Origin: Ophelia neglecta
Taxonomy: Eukaryota
Assembly: GCA_965285935.1 (NCBI GenBank)
Contig: OZ260662.1
Location: 34,658,001 to 34,722,000, forward strand
DNA: 64,000 nucleotides
Direction of reading: 5' to 3'
Position 1 is the stretch's first letter. The number at the start of each line of letters is the position of its first letter. Below the pieces are notes generated by a model that made no database searches, was not told where the DNA came from, and saw only the letters and a list, made by a program, of their open reading frames with translations. The translations under genes were made by a program, and so were the position numbers. Shown here one piece after another: positions 49,516 through 62,185 of the stretch.

Positions 49516-50647
49516 GTTCAAGTTTTCACCCTAGCTGACCACATATATCAGACTTTGTAGCCTATTAGAAGCTCTAATTACAGTTATTATACTGCCTTGC
49601 TCCAAGGAGCAGTCACCAGAGTATGGTGTAAACATAGTCATTATACTTTAAAAATGGCCAGCCAAGTCACCAGGCTGTGATTTATACTACAGGGTCAAAG
49701 GTCACGCTTAGATAATTTGTACTGGGTGATCATTGTTGGGAAAAAAAAGATTGATGGGTAAATCAAAGCAGCCTGTAATCATTGTATGCATTATTAGTAA
49801 TTTGTATTTGCATGTCTATGTTGGGGTCATAAATGTATGGTTATAAACTTATCATTGCAGGGTTGCCCACATTGGGATAAATACAATAAGATGTACATGT
49901 TATCACATGTAATGTTTAATTGTAATCTGCTCAACTCTTTACCCAGAAGAGTGGGGAAGCAATTTACATTATATGGTTGAAAGCATAGATTGGGCTTGAA
50001 TCAATTCAATATGGCAATTGTTGCCATTAGAATGACATTTATTAATCTGAATATGCCAATTATAAGATGTCCATAGTAAATACACTAGTGTGTGGCCAAT
50101 TTACAGGCTTTATATCGCTGTTGTAAGATTAAAATCAGCCTTGTCAGGATGTGATGGTCTCTGTACAATTCCAGAAGTGGCCCTCAATTTATTCATTGCC
50201 GGAGTAATGTTATCGACCAAGAGTTGGTGTCAGGAAATCTGGCTGATAAATGGTGTCTAGATATGAAATATGACATGATCAAATTGGAATCCATTTGGAC
50301 TGCTGCTCCTTGGCAGTTTCTTTGATCCATGAGGCGTGGAGCCCTTTGCTTCTGTCAGAGCACTTGCCAACCCAAATTGTAGACTCAAATCGCCTCAAAT
50401 CGACACCAGGTGTTAAACTTGCTTTGAAAGCGTGAAGATACTGAGTCAGAGGCCATCTTTAGATCTGTGGGACTGAGAGTGATCAGGGATTGAAAAGTAT
50501 GCCCAACTTAAACATGTATGTGAAAATTGTTAATGATGATTCCAAAGAAACCCAGCTATTGATAGTTCTCCATGGCCACGGTGGCCACCCCCGGTGGGTT
50601 AGTGAGTGGGGCTGGTGAGTGGCCAGACCCTCCTGCTGCATCGCTGA

Positions 50648-50740
50648 CACAGGCCTAGCTGTAGGGGCTTGGATAGCATGTCAGGTATGACACCGGCACA
50701 GGCCTAGCAGTGGGGGCCTGGATAGCTTGTCAGGTATGAC
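50648..50740. repeat. 49-bp period imperfect tandem duplication (CACAGGCCTAGC...GGATAGC.TGTCAGGTATGAC x2)
   Basis: Copies at 50648-50691 and 50697-50740. Confidence 0.85.
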
Positions 50741-53700
50741 TGGGCTAGGCCCTCCTCCACGGATAGGGGGCACACCTAGCTGTCATTAATCACTGATTAT
50801 CACTGTCATTAGTGATAATCTAGTGCGGTAACCCTCCAGCTATACATGTCATCACCTCATCACCACAATTTACACACCGATGAGAGAGATCATCTTCTTA
50901 AATTATTTTACTGATATCATTACCAACTACCAACTTTAAATAATACATCCTTGCAAAGTGATCAAAGAATCCACAGCTTGGACCATTAAAACATTTCTAT
51001 TATTTAAACTCAGAAGGTTACAGATTGTGAAGGCTATGATGCTGTGTTCTTTAGATGTTCACTCTACGTTCAGCTTCGTCATCCATTTCAATAACTCACT
51101 ACCTTGCTTGAACACACGTTTCTTATGAAATCAAAGAATAATGCTAAGTATCACCAGACATTCTGTGAGCCTGGGACAAGATCAAAGGCCTTACCAATCA
51201 CCGAAGCAAGCAGTCTTATATTTTTTACTTTCATCTTTAAGTAGTAAATTGATGCAGTCTCTCAGCATACTGAGGCCTATTTCAGCTTCTGCTAGTCTGA
51301 TCTTTATTGATCCAAGCAGGGTGATTTCAATGGGTTGTTATGCATGCCAGAATCTTGGCAACTCAGAACTCATAGCCTCTATAAGCTAGTTATGCCAATA
51401 TGATTACCATTTCTGAACAAATCCCTTCCATACTGCATGGTCCGGCGGCGTCCACGATCAACGCTTTTAGGTATGGTAGCCATTGTTGCAGATGTAATTA
51501 CAGCTTATTCAGTGGTGCTACAAAGGCAGGGGGCAAGTTTGTTAACCTCCACTATTCTGACTGTTTGGAGGTGTCAGAATGTCCTGACAGTTCACTAGTG
51601 ATGGGTGCCTCCCACTGGTGATGGGCTAGCCTGGCACACACCCCCTGTCACAGCCACATTTTCTACATCTTAAGTCTCAGTCTAGTGTGCTTGATAGAGT
51701 TTATACTATTGACACACCAATATCAGATTGGCCAGTGCTCCCCGTACACTCTGGAATTGGATTCCAAGAAATTCCCAACTCAAAAACAGATCTAAGCAAA
51801 ATCACTACAGTACAGGGCATGCTATTTGAAAAAAGAGATCTTTATCAAATCTAGAGATGGAAAGAGAATACACTTTTTGAAGAGAGTTTGATTATGTTTG
51901 AAGCTGCTTCATGCTGTCAGTTTAAGTCAAGGTCATTGCTGCACCCATTTTAATGCATTATTTTTGGAAAAACTCCAGTACAAAGCCTTCACATTGCCAT
52001 TTAACTGAATAACTCTGTAATGAGCTCTATTCTCTTCCACATTCTGATCCTGATTCATGGGAATCAACAATGAGGAAAACAGGGAAAATATTACATAATT
52101 TGTCAGCCAGTTAAATCAGTGGCCATGAAATTGAATGTGACAAAATCAATAGTGATCTATTGGACATGAGGATTGGGACATTGGCAGAGAGATGATTTGT
52201 CAGGGCAGGGAAGGTGGGCGGGTTGCGGGATTCTCAGATTATGTAATCCTAATTGAATGCTGGGGCGTATTGTGAAAGACTGGGCCATTAAGGGAGGTAG
52301 TACAAGTGATATTCGGATTTAATGAATTGATGAAAACTTATAGCATCATTAGCACTGATCGAGGCCCATTATTGTACATCATGTGTTATCTGGGTAGCCC
52401 AGATTTACCAGTACTATAAAGAACTCAGCATGGTTCAGCTATATATTTTTTTTGAATTCCAAGATTAACAATGCAAGCATTTTGAACAAGTTGATAATCA
52501 GACTTGAGTCACAATGTATGTGTTTACCAGTAATGCATGCATTCTGCATGCTTTTAGTGAGTCAGTAGAGTTATTGAAGGAAGCCCACCGAAAGAAACAG
52601 GAAAATCAATACCATACACCACCTATTGTGGCGAACATCCTTAGAAAATAAGGTTTTTCAGGCAGAAATATTGTTTCGTAAACTTTCCTCCAAGTGCTGT
52701 CAGCCAGTTATTTCAACAAGTAACATTCCGAGTCAGTTATTTTACAGGCCTAATTTGTTGTTTCAAGCAAATTGCATTGAGTTGGGCCATGCAATTGATG
52801 TGGTGTTCACTGTTCGATACAAAAACATCCAACCTGTCAATTGAGTGAGCTGGGGCCAGGATAAACAGTGTCCTGTTTTTTAACACATGGTTATTGGCCT
52901 TTGCTCATCCTACGCAAAACCTAGCCACCTTGTGTATGTCTGGCAGATGGTGAGCTTGGTACAACCTAGTTTTCAAATTATCACCATTTTGGGGTGGTTA
53001 GTTTTCTTGCAAGTTTTGTCCGATTTTTTTGCGCAAGCAAATTTACTTAATGTGAGAATAAACTAGCAGATGTGAATGTACATCTGACTGGCCCGACATC
53101 GGGAAATTGAATACAGAGTCTACGACGTCCAAAGTTGGCATAATGAGCCATTACGTGCTCACACAGGAAAATTAATTCTATTTATCACTACCCGCATGTT
53201 GTTCTCACCTCAAGGTGGTTTTTTTCATGTCCTTATTGTATGATTATGTTACAACTGTCTGTAGTGTACCTGTATGTCAAGTGACTAAGGTATCTGTATT
53301 GTTCGTAAGCCACTAATAACCATTAAGAAAACAATGACAAGACTGTTGGATAGATTCATTATTTGTCAGGCGTGGCAGCCTATAATATAGTCACCATCAT
53401 AAATCACAGGGCGTCTGCTTGGTGCTTTACAAGTAAAGTAATAATTTGATACTTGTCATTTTGATTTATTCATTTTCTTTCATTTTTTAGGCACTTTGTC
53501 ACTGTAATTTATTGATTCTACCGGCTGAAAAAGGCCAGCAGTCAGGTTTTGATGTGTAATTACAGGCCAAGCCTACTCCATCCCATCTTTGTTAGTCAGG
53601 ACATAAACTGATCTGTGGAAACACCGAAATAGACCCAGCCCTTCTCACTTCTGTTGAGAGAGAAAAAGAAAAACAAACTAATTTTGCCCATTTGCCTGGA

Positions 53701-54402
53701 TGTGTAGCCTTCCAATCAAGGCGCCCAAGTGTAAAGTTTTGGCTAGTAATAAGGCCCTTGTCCGGGGCCAGCCTGCTAAGATATCTGTCAAATCTTATAC
53801 AGGTGATTGCTCTCCCAAATGAAGGTAATCTGGTCATGTTTTCAATGGAACTGTATACTGAGAATGTGTGAAACCCCACACCAGTCCTGATCAGGGTGAC
53901 CACACTCAATTAATTTATATCAATTTGCCCAATGATGAGGTGTGTATGGAAGGGTATCACAGGTTGATGAAGTCAACATTCCTCCTGGAATGATCTCCCT
54001 GCCAATGATTTCCTTACGACGTTTCTTGTGACTTTCCTTTCCATATTTCTTGTGCAGCAAGTACAAGTTCTTGGGATAGTCCTTTGCATGTGTATTGAAC
54101 TTATACAGGGTAATTTTGAACCAAATAAAACACAATTTTTGAAAAACTTAAAATGGTTCTGTTAGCTAATTATATATATATTGGAAGTTGGTAAATGTTG
54201 GAGTGGTGGTTTATCTTTTTCACTTGAAAGGTGAATTTACAAAATCATTTGAGAAAGTATGTCATGCATTATTTAAGCAGTGTAAGATTGGTTGCCTTTA
54301 CCTGTGTACATGTATGTATCATGATATTATTAAGCCAGACATTTTCATAAGGTAAACACTAATATTGAAAGTAAAATTAATGTTTTGTTGTGTATCTTTC
54401 AG

Positions 54403-54539
54403 GTATCCCTGGAGAGTTGTATTATGTGAGGAATGGCATTAAAAATGACTACGCCTTGGGATTCAACTTGCCGTTAAAGCCAGACATTGTGAATATCTAT
54501 TTTTCTTGGCAGAATTTGAGGACACCAGCTGAAGGCTTG
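54403..54539 (+). CDS. RYK: RYK exon 2, WIF domain (GIPGELYYVRNGIKNDYALGFNLPLKPDIVNIYFSWQNLRTPAEGL)
   Basis: Acceptor tatctttcag|, donor TTG|gtaggt. ELYYVR..YAL.F...F.W pattern is diagnostic of the RYK/Drl WIF domain. Confidence 0.95.
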
Positions 54540-54857
54540 GTAGGTGGTTGCACAAACAGTGGACCTCTACTCATTATTAGAGGAATTTATGACATATTCC
54601 CTTTCTTATAATTTAGTGTCATGATACATGCAGTACACTCCTCATGATATAGATCAGTGATAATGTGCATATAAATTTATGTTTGCCATATAAAGATGTT
54701 TTAAAGCTTTGAAGCTGAAGGAGGTTTAGTGTTCATACATCACAGAGTATACTGTGTTCATGAACCTCATTTGCAAGACATGTACACCTTCAAAATATAT
54801 GGAGGCTGGTAAGTTTTAGTTCTCCAGGTTTGAATATTTTGTGATTGTTTTTTTCAG

Positions 54858-54957
54858 ATGATGTACAGTATCAATGTGACTTCTTCCAATGTCCACGCTA
54901 TGCCGCACCCTGTGCCTAACATAGACAAGGAGGGTCTGGTACCCACAAAGCTCACAG
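54858..54957 (+). CDS. RYK: RYK exon 3, WIF domain (MMYSINVTSSNVHAMPHPVPNIDKEGLVPTKLT)
   Basis: Acceptor gtttttttcag|, donor CAG|gtacac. Phase 0 to phase 1. AM..P..NI...G.VP WIF pattern. Confidence 0.92.
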
Positions 54958-55457
54958 GTACACTGAAAAACTCCACATAAAATAACACATCACCGAAAGC
55001 AAAGTCCTCTCAAAAATTGTTCGTAAATTTAGAGTGAAAATATGTTCACTATGTAGAGCCCATTTTGTCTTATTTGCAATTTTATATAGTTTGGCTGATG
55101 AGGAAAATGGATCTTATTTAAGCCTTGTAATATAATATGCTGCTTAGTGTAAACCACTGAGCAGTCTAACCTAGTCGGCTGGTTTTGTTCTTTTTAAGCA
55201 CGGGTAAGAGCATAGTGATATGGCAACAGCCACAACATTGACCATATCATGTCAAAAATTTCTCTTTATTTTCTGAATCTTCATACTTCGTTTTTGTGGC
55301 AAATAGCACAGAATATACAGTCCATAAAGTCAGTGTGTCTATGTGAGAGAAGTAATGATAGCCCTCCTGCGGATAGCCCTTCCACTCTTTGATTGACAAT
55401 CCAGCCACACACTGGTGATTATTTGCTTTACCTGGCATGGTTTCATTCCAATTCTAG

Positions 55458-55592
55458 TGTTCAAGATCTCCTTACCCTGCCTGGGCGAAGTGAGTGCTGA
55501 GGTGGATGTCCGCATACAGATGAACGTCAGCATCTTTTCAGCGACCAACCTCACCGTGCTGAACCTCAAGAGGCGCAAAACCTGTCTGAAAG
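55458..55592 (+). CDS. RYK: RYK exon 4, end of WIF domain with tetrabasic site (VFKISLPCLGEVSAEVDVRIQMNVSIFSATNLTVLNLKRRKTCLK)
   Basis: Acceptor ccaattctag|, donor AAG|gttggt. Both WIF cysteines are present, as is the KRRKxC motif of RYK. Confidence 0.95.
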
Positions 55593-58500
55593 GTTGGTAT
55601 CGTAGAAATCGCCAAATAACAAGCACAGTATATAATACATGTACACATAGGTAAATGATGTTTGCTATCATAAATCAACTGGATTTGTTAACTCCCTCTA
55701 CAGGACTTAGATCAGGATAGAAACTAAATCAACAATTAGAGGCTTGTCTTGATCAGTTTTCTGTTTTGTTAAATACTCTAACCTGACTTGACAGATCCCT
55801 TTGAACAAGAGATGCCCATGAAATACAGGCACATTATTTTTATCCTAATCAGTTATTTAGTTGAAAGGTCACACAGAAATCAAGCATTTCACACTCTTTA
55901 GATATTCTCTATTAGTAGATAAAAGAAAGGTCAGCTCTGTATCAGATTCAAAGGTAGCGGGTTGTTTGATAATTAGGTGCCACTGCAGTGTTTAGGAGTG
56001 TTACCTTTGGACCTGCAAACAGCGTCAGGACCAAGGTGTGAGATGTGAGGAGGCAGCGGGCTCGATCCTGATAAACCCACAACAAGCCAGATAGATACCT
56101 GCTATGTCAGCCAACATCAACTGTATTTGTTGACAATTTGACCCAGAAGAAATATGGGCTTGTAATTGTGTTTGTGCCAATCTGCTCTTTTTCATTACCA
56201 GCTAATAGTGATTACATATTTTCCTAATCCTTCTATGCATCCGGAATTCTCCCATCAAAGTTAAGTAAGCATTGTGTGGGCTGGGTATTTGAATGAAAAT
56301 AATAGCATAGCATAATCTCTGACATTCCATCATTTATTCTATCTTTCATTATATCATTTGATGGTTCAGGGAAATAAAAACAAAGATGATTTTTATGGCA
56401 TGTCACTTTTTAGCTGAGACCACCTAGAGTGCTGCTATGTACATGTAAAATTGTATGCTATCTTATCCTGCCACTATCAGACTGCAGGATTATAGTACGG
56501 GAATCAAATGAAATATTCCATCTGGGCCTGAGGATTAAGCTCTGAGAGTTGGTAGCAATCCACCTGTCAAAGTTCTGCTAGCCCCCCACATGAGAGAAGT
56601 GCTGGTTTTTTGGGAGTTGCCAGGTGGTTCCTATCAGTATTGTTTGGTATAGGCAGACGGATTGCCATGCCTCTGGCCTCACACACTTGTGAACTTGCGG
56701 GGTGTAGGGTTCTAGATGGTGCCCAAGGGCAAACAAGAGGAGTAGCTGTAGAACACTGTGGCTTTAGTGGCTCACTTACACTCCTTTCCTTGCAGAATAA
56801 ACATTTAGTTCTGTCAAGTATATATAAATACAGTGGCGGCCCAAATGAAAACACTCCTGTTGTTTTCTGCGATGCTATGAATATATGATTAACATGACTA
56901 TTATACCCTTACATCTGCTTTCTATTGTAAACTAGAAATTACTGAGATTCCCTCCGCTAGCAAAAAACAATGGCAAAAGCATCACAAGTTTCCACTATTG
57001 GCGTTGTGTTTATTTCTTTGAACTTGCGATAGTGTCTATAGGGGTATCGTTAGCTGGTCGGCAGTATGTAGCTTTTCACTTGTCATGTTCAGTTGTTCTT
57101 CCCATTTGCGCAGACATATATGGTATTGTCTTGATGGGGGTGGTTTGTGTACCCAGTCCCTGTGAAAAGGACCAGCTTTATTTTGTTTATTTTGAAGGAT
57201 AAATTTCTACAAAGTGTTTGGTATTGTGTTACTGGATTCTTTCTCATGCCTGAACAAGATATGTATGTTTTGGACGTGTCGAGTCAAACAGACCTTGTGA
57301 ACTTACCTCTGTCTCTGTACAGCTATTATATATAACACAGACTGCTTAACATGAGAGAAACTATTGATAAGTGATGCAATCATATATCCTGGGAAAGTTT
57401 ATGGAATCGGCTAATTTATGGGTTTGAGGGGCCGTGTAAATCTTGTCAGAATCCAATACTTGATTTAATTGACTGGTGGGAGTGTGTTCCTTTCTTATAT
57501 GGAGAGATGTCAAATAGACTAAGGCCAACCGTGTTAGATTCACTTCAAAAACAAATTGATATTAGGGGGCCAATGTTACAGAGTACTTGAATCCAGCCAA
57601 TATTTGATGTTCTCAAGGGGTGTTTTTGCCCGTTTTATTCACACCAGAAAAAACTCAAGACTGTAGGATAAATGTTCAGCTCTCTGTTCCCTCTCTCTCT
57701 CATTCTTCGATTGAAATCATCTCGGGGCCTCTTGATAAAAGCGAACAATGCGGGTTTATTATCTCCGCTTACATTTCGTCACATATTTGTTTTCATAATG
57801 GGAAGAGATTGGTTTACATAATCTGACAAAATGTTTGCTCATCGATTTTTGCCTCTTAAGTGTGTAAGCTCTGAGGTTTGAAGTATTCAGTATGTATAGA
57901 TTGTGGTTAACAACTGGCTGGATGGAGGTGAAAATTATAAAAATATATCTCAGTTTCTTTGATGCTGTTTGTTTAAGGCAGAATGGATGGGTTTTGTAAA
58001 AAACACATAAAAAGTGCCAAGCACTCATAACACTGAAGTGGTTTTCATTCACACATCGCTGACAATACAATTAGTTTATCAGAGAGGTGGCTTAGTTCAG
58101 TTCAATATTGATCTGGATAATTACACTGTCAGTTGTCTTAATTAGGCAGAACTTGATACAGCGTGACTCATGTTTAAATCAGAAATTTGACAAATAAATT
58201 GAATGTCGGCAAAAAATGTTTTGGAGATTCATTAATTTAAATCAAGTTTTGGATATCAGCTTACTTGTAAATTTACATAGATTTGATGTATATTAAATAA
58301 CTTGATTTTTATGCTAACACTGATTTAAATAAATTCTGTCTCTAGATTCTGAATATTTTTAGAGGTTGAGATTATTCTGACCTCTGGTTTTTCACATTAT
58401 TCAAGCCTGTCAGTTGATGATTGCACAATTCCTGTTGCTGTTGTATCTTGTTGGTTTGGGCTAAGGTTACAAGGGCTACGCTGATACTAATTAATGAATC

Positions 58501-60789
58501 TGCAGTCAATTTCAGATTTATCAAGCTTTTCCAATTAGCTTTGTTTATATGATGCGGCTGCCACCAAGATCTTGTGAGATATAGTATTTGCCAAAAGCTG
58601 TTGGTTTGAGTGAAAATAGCAGAAACTGCCAACAATCAGCCAACCCAGCATGGAAGGCAGGGGATCTGCACAACTCTGTCTTTGAATGCCAAAATATGGA
58701 TGAATAAATGAACTACAGATATTTATACTAAGATAAGGCATTACACTTAGAACCATGATATTATGCCAAGAGGCAGAAACATCCCATAGATACCCGTTTA
58801 ATATAAAAAGAAGATTTTGTCTACTGGCACATGTAAAGGGTCCTATGTCTAGGCCTTTGTGGATGCTGCCTGATATATGTATTTGAAGGCAAAGAGTAGT
58901 CCATGGAAGTTCATCATTAAACGTTTTTTTGGTAGAATCTCATGATCACCCAGTGGGGATTGGATTATGGTACTCCCATGGCAATTATGTATATAAGAAA
59001 ATGCCCTGCCATCCACAACATATTAGAATTTGCTAATTTGTTGAATTACTAAATATTATGGAGGAATATTCTATCAAGTTATTATATTTCTGTTGATAGT
59101 CAAGGATCTTGTAGCTGGCTGAGGAGTGTATGTCATTATTTTGCTGGGAGGGTTGTGGTTGATTTTGAGTTGTTGAGTAGCTGCCGTCATCTGTGTAGCT
59201 GGTGCTGTATGAGCAGAGAGAGAGGTGTTTTCGTCAGAGACATAAGCATGGCCGGGGAGTTTTACCTTCCTGTCATAGACCCCGGCTCGCCTGTCAACAC
59301 CTGCATGAAAGTCTTAATCAGCCTGACTTTATCACCTGATTATCAACCTCCCAGGTGACAGTTGGAATCTTCAACATCTTTATATCTGTCTCCAAATACC
59401 TTCTCATAAAAACCCTCACTTGAGGGGCCAGTAGCTGTTATATACTGGCAGTTAAGATATTGTGTGTTTAGTTATGCCAGAAAAGGGAATAAAAAATGAA
59501 CATAAACTACAAATTGTCTAAATGTTCTGCTTTGTGAGACTATTTGCTTCACTAGTACCCATGGCAATCAGTGAGGCTGGATTATAAAACTTGTCTAATT
59601 GTAAATGAACCACTTCACACATAGTAATCTGCTGACCAAACTGAGGATAACCCAAATTAAAATATGGTAACAGTAGATCCTGCTGGTGGAGTTTAATAAA
59701 ATGGCTGTGTAGAGATTTATTAACATTGGCCCCTGACCCATTTGTCCCATTGGTAAGAGACCCCCTCCCTGGAGTGTGCAGTGGTCAGTTTCAATGTCCA
59801 AGATCACACCACCCAAGATAACCCAACACGCCTTGAAGCCAAATTAATTTTTGCCAACCCATGACACTGAATTATTAGGCTAATATTTGTTGGAGGGAAT
59901 CAATTCTGGTCTTGCCTATCCCCAGAAAAGATCTTCATTTCGGTATGTAATCCTTGAGTGTCATTACTGGACGCGGGAATCTGGGCACAAGATGTAATGT
60001 GTGATGTCAAAGTCCAAGATACCCTTCAGTGGTCCTGAACGTGTTTTGTGATGTCAGGCATGCCCTCGTACATCAGCCGTCTGCAAGTGACCTCAACAAG
60101 AAATGAATCCTTCAGATCCTTACTGTATATGGTATCCATTTACCATCTTGCTTTATCAACTTCTTTTCTGAATTTCAACATTAAGTTATTTAATTACTGA
60201 CAAACCCTGTCTTTCGCCGTCTTAAATTTGGAGGTGATATATTTGGCTGAGCTATCGCCTGATGGATGGCTATTTGTTCTTGTCAAACCACTGGAGGCTG
60301 TTGATTGGTATTGCAAATAAAGTCTCTTTGATTTCATGATGTATCAGATAATCCACCAAGGAGAACAAAGGGGCATCTATTATTCATACCAAGAATTGCT
60401 CATTTCAGATTTTGTCAGGAACCAACTGTTTTGAGTGATTCGTGTTGAAGAGAAATGAACCTCATTCAGAATTAAAGGATTCTAATAATTTGTCACACAA
60501 TTGTGTAAATAGGAGACACCTTGAACGAAGTCTTGTTGGAAAATTCACTTTTTCTATGAATATCTAATCTGCCTTATTTGGTAAAAGAACACCAAGCAGC
60601 AGCTGTGGGGTGATTTAACTGGAAATTTACTGTAATGGTGACTCAGGTTAAACATAAACAATTCACTTCCTTCACATAGCATGACAAGTTAAAATAAAAT
60701 GTGATCCATTTTCATATTTTTACAATGATCAGCGTGTCGTACTGCCTTAATGCTAGGGCTGAGTTTTAACAATATCTGGTTTTCCCCAG

Positions 60790-60870
60790 CAGACATTCAC
60801 CAAACCAGTGACCACAACCATCGGAGGATTTCAGACAAAGACAAAAACGTGTCCTATACCTACAACTCAG
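60790..60870 (+). CDS. RYK: RYK exon 5, extracellular stalk (ADIHQTSDHNHRRISDKDKNVSYTYNS)
   Basis: Acceptor ggttttcccCAGCAG (NAGNAG), donor CAG|gtgagc. 81 nt, phase 1-1, open frame. Low homology, so inferred from splice signals. Confidence 0.75.
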
Positions 60871-61214
60871 GTGAGCCGCTTAATTAATGATTTTAATACC
60901 AACAGACCCGTGTCTGCGGCCCGCTGAACTGCATCCAAAGGAAATGATTTGCGATTACTTTTTCCTATAGTCAAGTGGTAGCTTTGTAAACAGGTATCAA
61001 ATTGCACTGTAATTTATACAGTCACCTCTCTCATTTATTTTTCATTGAAATTGCATTTTCACTTTTGCCAAACTATAATGCAAAATAAGTGCAAATAGTA
61101 ACAATGAATACATTAGGCAAATTCTATCACTAGTTTTCATGTGCAGAAATTAGTTTGCATAAATAGCAGCTGAAGTCAATTAAAACTAATAAAACTTAAT
61201 TTCCTCTATTTCAG

Positions 61215-61365
61215 AATCAGCGGACATTGATAAAATTGCCACCACGTCCACCAGTATATTCTACATAGCTGTTGGGTGTGCATGTGGTCTCATTATATTA
61301 GTGGCTCTCATTGTCACAATATACTATGTGAAATCCCAGAAGACCTCAAATAATGAACAGCTAAG
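61215..61365 (+). CDS. RYK: RYK exon 6, transmembrane helix (ESADIDKIATTSTSIFYIAVGCACGLIILVALIVTIYYVKSQKTSNNEQLR)
   Basis: Acceptor cctctatttcag|, donor AAG|gtaatt. TTSTSIFYIAVG parallels human TTSTRVFYISVG, followed by a hydrophobic span. Confidence 0.93.
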
Positions 61366-62069
61366 GTAATTATGCAAGCTTTTAAAAGTGTCTGCTCTCT
61401 CTTTTCCATACGCACTTTTACTATAACCTTTAGCATATGAATGTACAGCAGAGGGTGGCTGTACCAGGGTGTAAAATATCAGAACTGGGTGAAGTTTTCC
61501 TGGGTGTAAAGAGCCTCCATGCTGATATGAGTATCTCTCTATCAAACACATACTTGTACAGTATTCAAAAGAAAGTTGCTGTGATGATTTGTCTTATTCA
61601 ATTTTGTTTTGAATGTTGAAAATGATTTATGAATATCCTAGAAATTGTGTGACTTGCCTGGCATCTGCTTTGGAATCACAACTTATTAGTGGGGTTTGGC
61701 TTTAATATACAGCTTTTAGTAAATTAGAAGTATTGTAGAGAATTTTGTTCACTGATCTATTCAATAATTGATACCACCGGCCAAATAGAACATTTTAGTG
61801 CACACTCCCAAAGAGTTATGTTGGCCATTTTCTTTCAAATATTATCTAGTACTGTCATCCTTTGAAGGCTTGTATCACATTGTTATGTTGAATTGAAAAA
61901 CTGGTGAACCAACTTTAATCATTTGCCCAATGTGTCTCCAAAAAAGCAAAGAGTACTTATCTAATATATATATAACACTGTTGAATTGCTTCTGTTCAAC
62001 TAACCAGCTTGAATTGTTTGTTTTTTGCATGCTTGTATTGATGTTGCTGTTTGTTTTCATTCACCTCAG

Positions 62070-62185
62070 GTACAAATGTCCGTCTTCTCACTTCAGTGAC
62101 ACGAGCAGTGCCAGGGCACTGACTCATGAGAAGACCTTTCTGCGAGCAGATACCCCCAACAACAGTGTGATATCAGGAAAATCAG
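62070..62185 (+). CDS. RYK: RYK exon 7, juxtamembrane (YKCPSSHFSDTSSARALTHEKTFLRADTPNNSVISGKS)
   Basis: Acceptor ttcacctcag|, donor CAG|gtgagt. LRADTPNN is the conserved RYK juxtamembrane motif. Confidence 0.93.

Larger units (their letters stand above)
4573..54402 (+). other. RYK: RYK intron 1 (49,830 nt, GT-AG, phase 1)
   Basis: WIF-domain homology is continuous across the 4572/54403 junction. No recognisable coding exon lies in between. Confidence 0.88.

Noticed and set aside
38495-51476. Other AG|GT juxtapositions at 38531, 48260 and 51470
   Set aside because: The regenerated donors (GTATTC, GTAACT, GTATGG) or the tracts are weak, at a level expected by chance.
5000-54000. Nested protein-coding gene in RYK intron 1
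   Set aside because: None of the short ORFs on either strand shows recognisable homology or a consistent exon chain. A very divergent gene or lncRNA cannot be excluded without RNA data.
56936-57830. Possible extra in-frame RYK stalk exons after acceptors at ~56935 and ~57647
   Set aside because: No convincing phase-compatible donor. Stalk length is already comparable to known RYKs without them.
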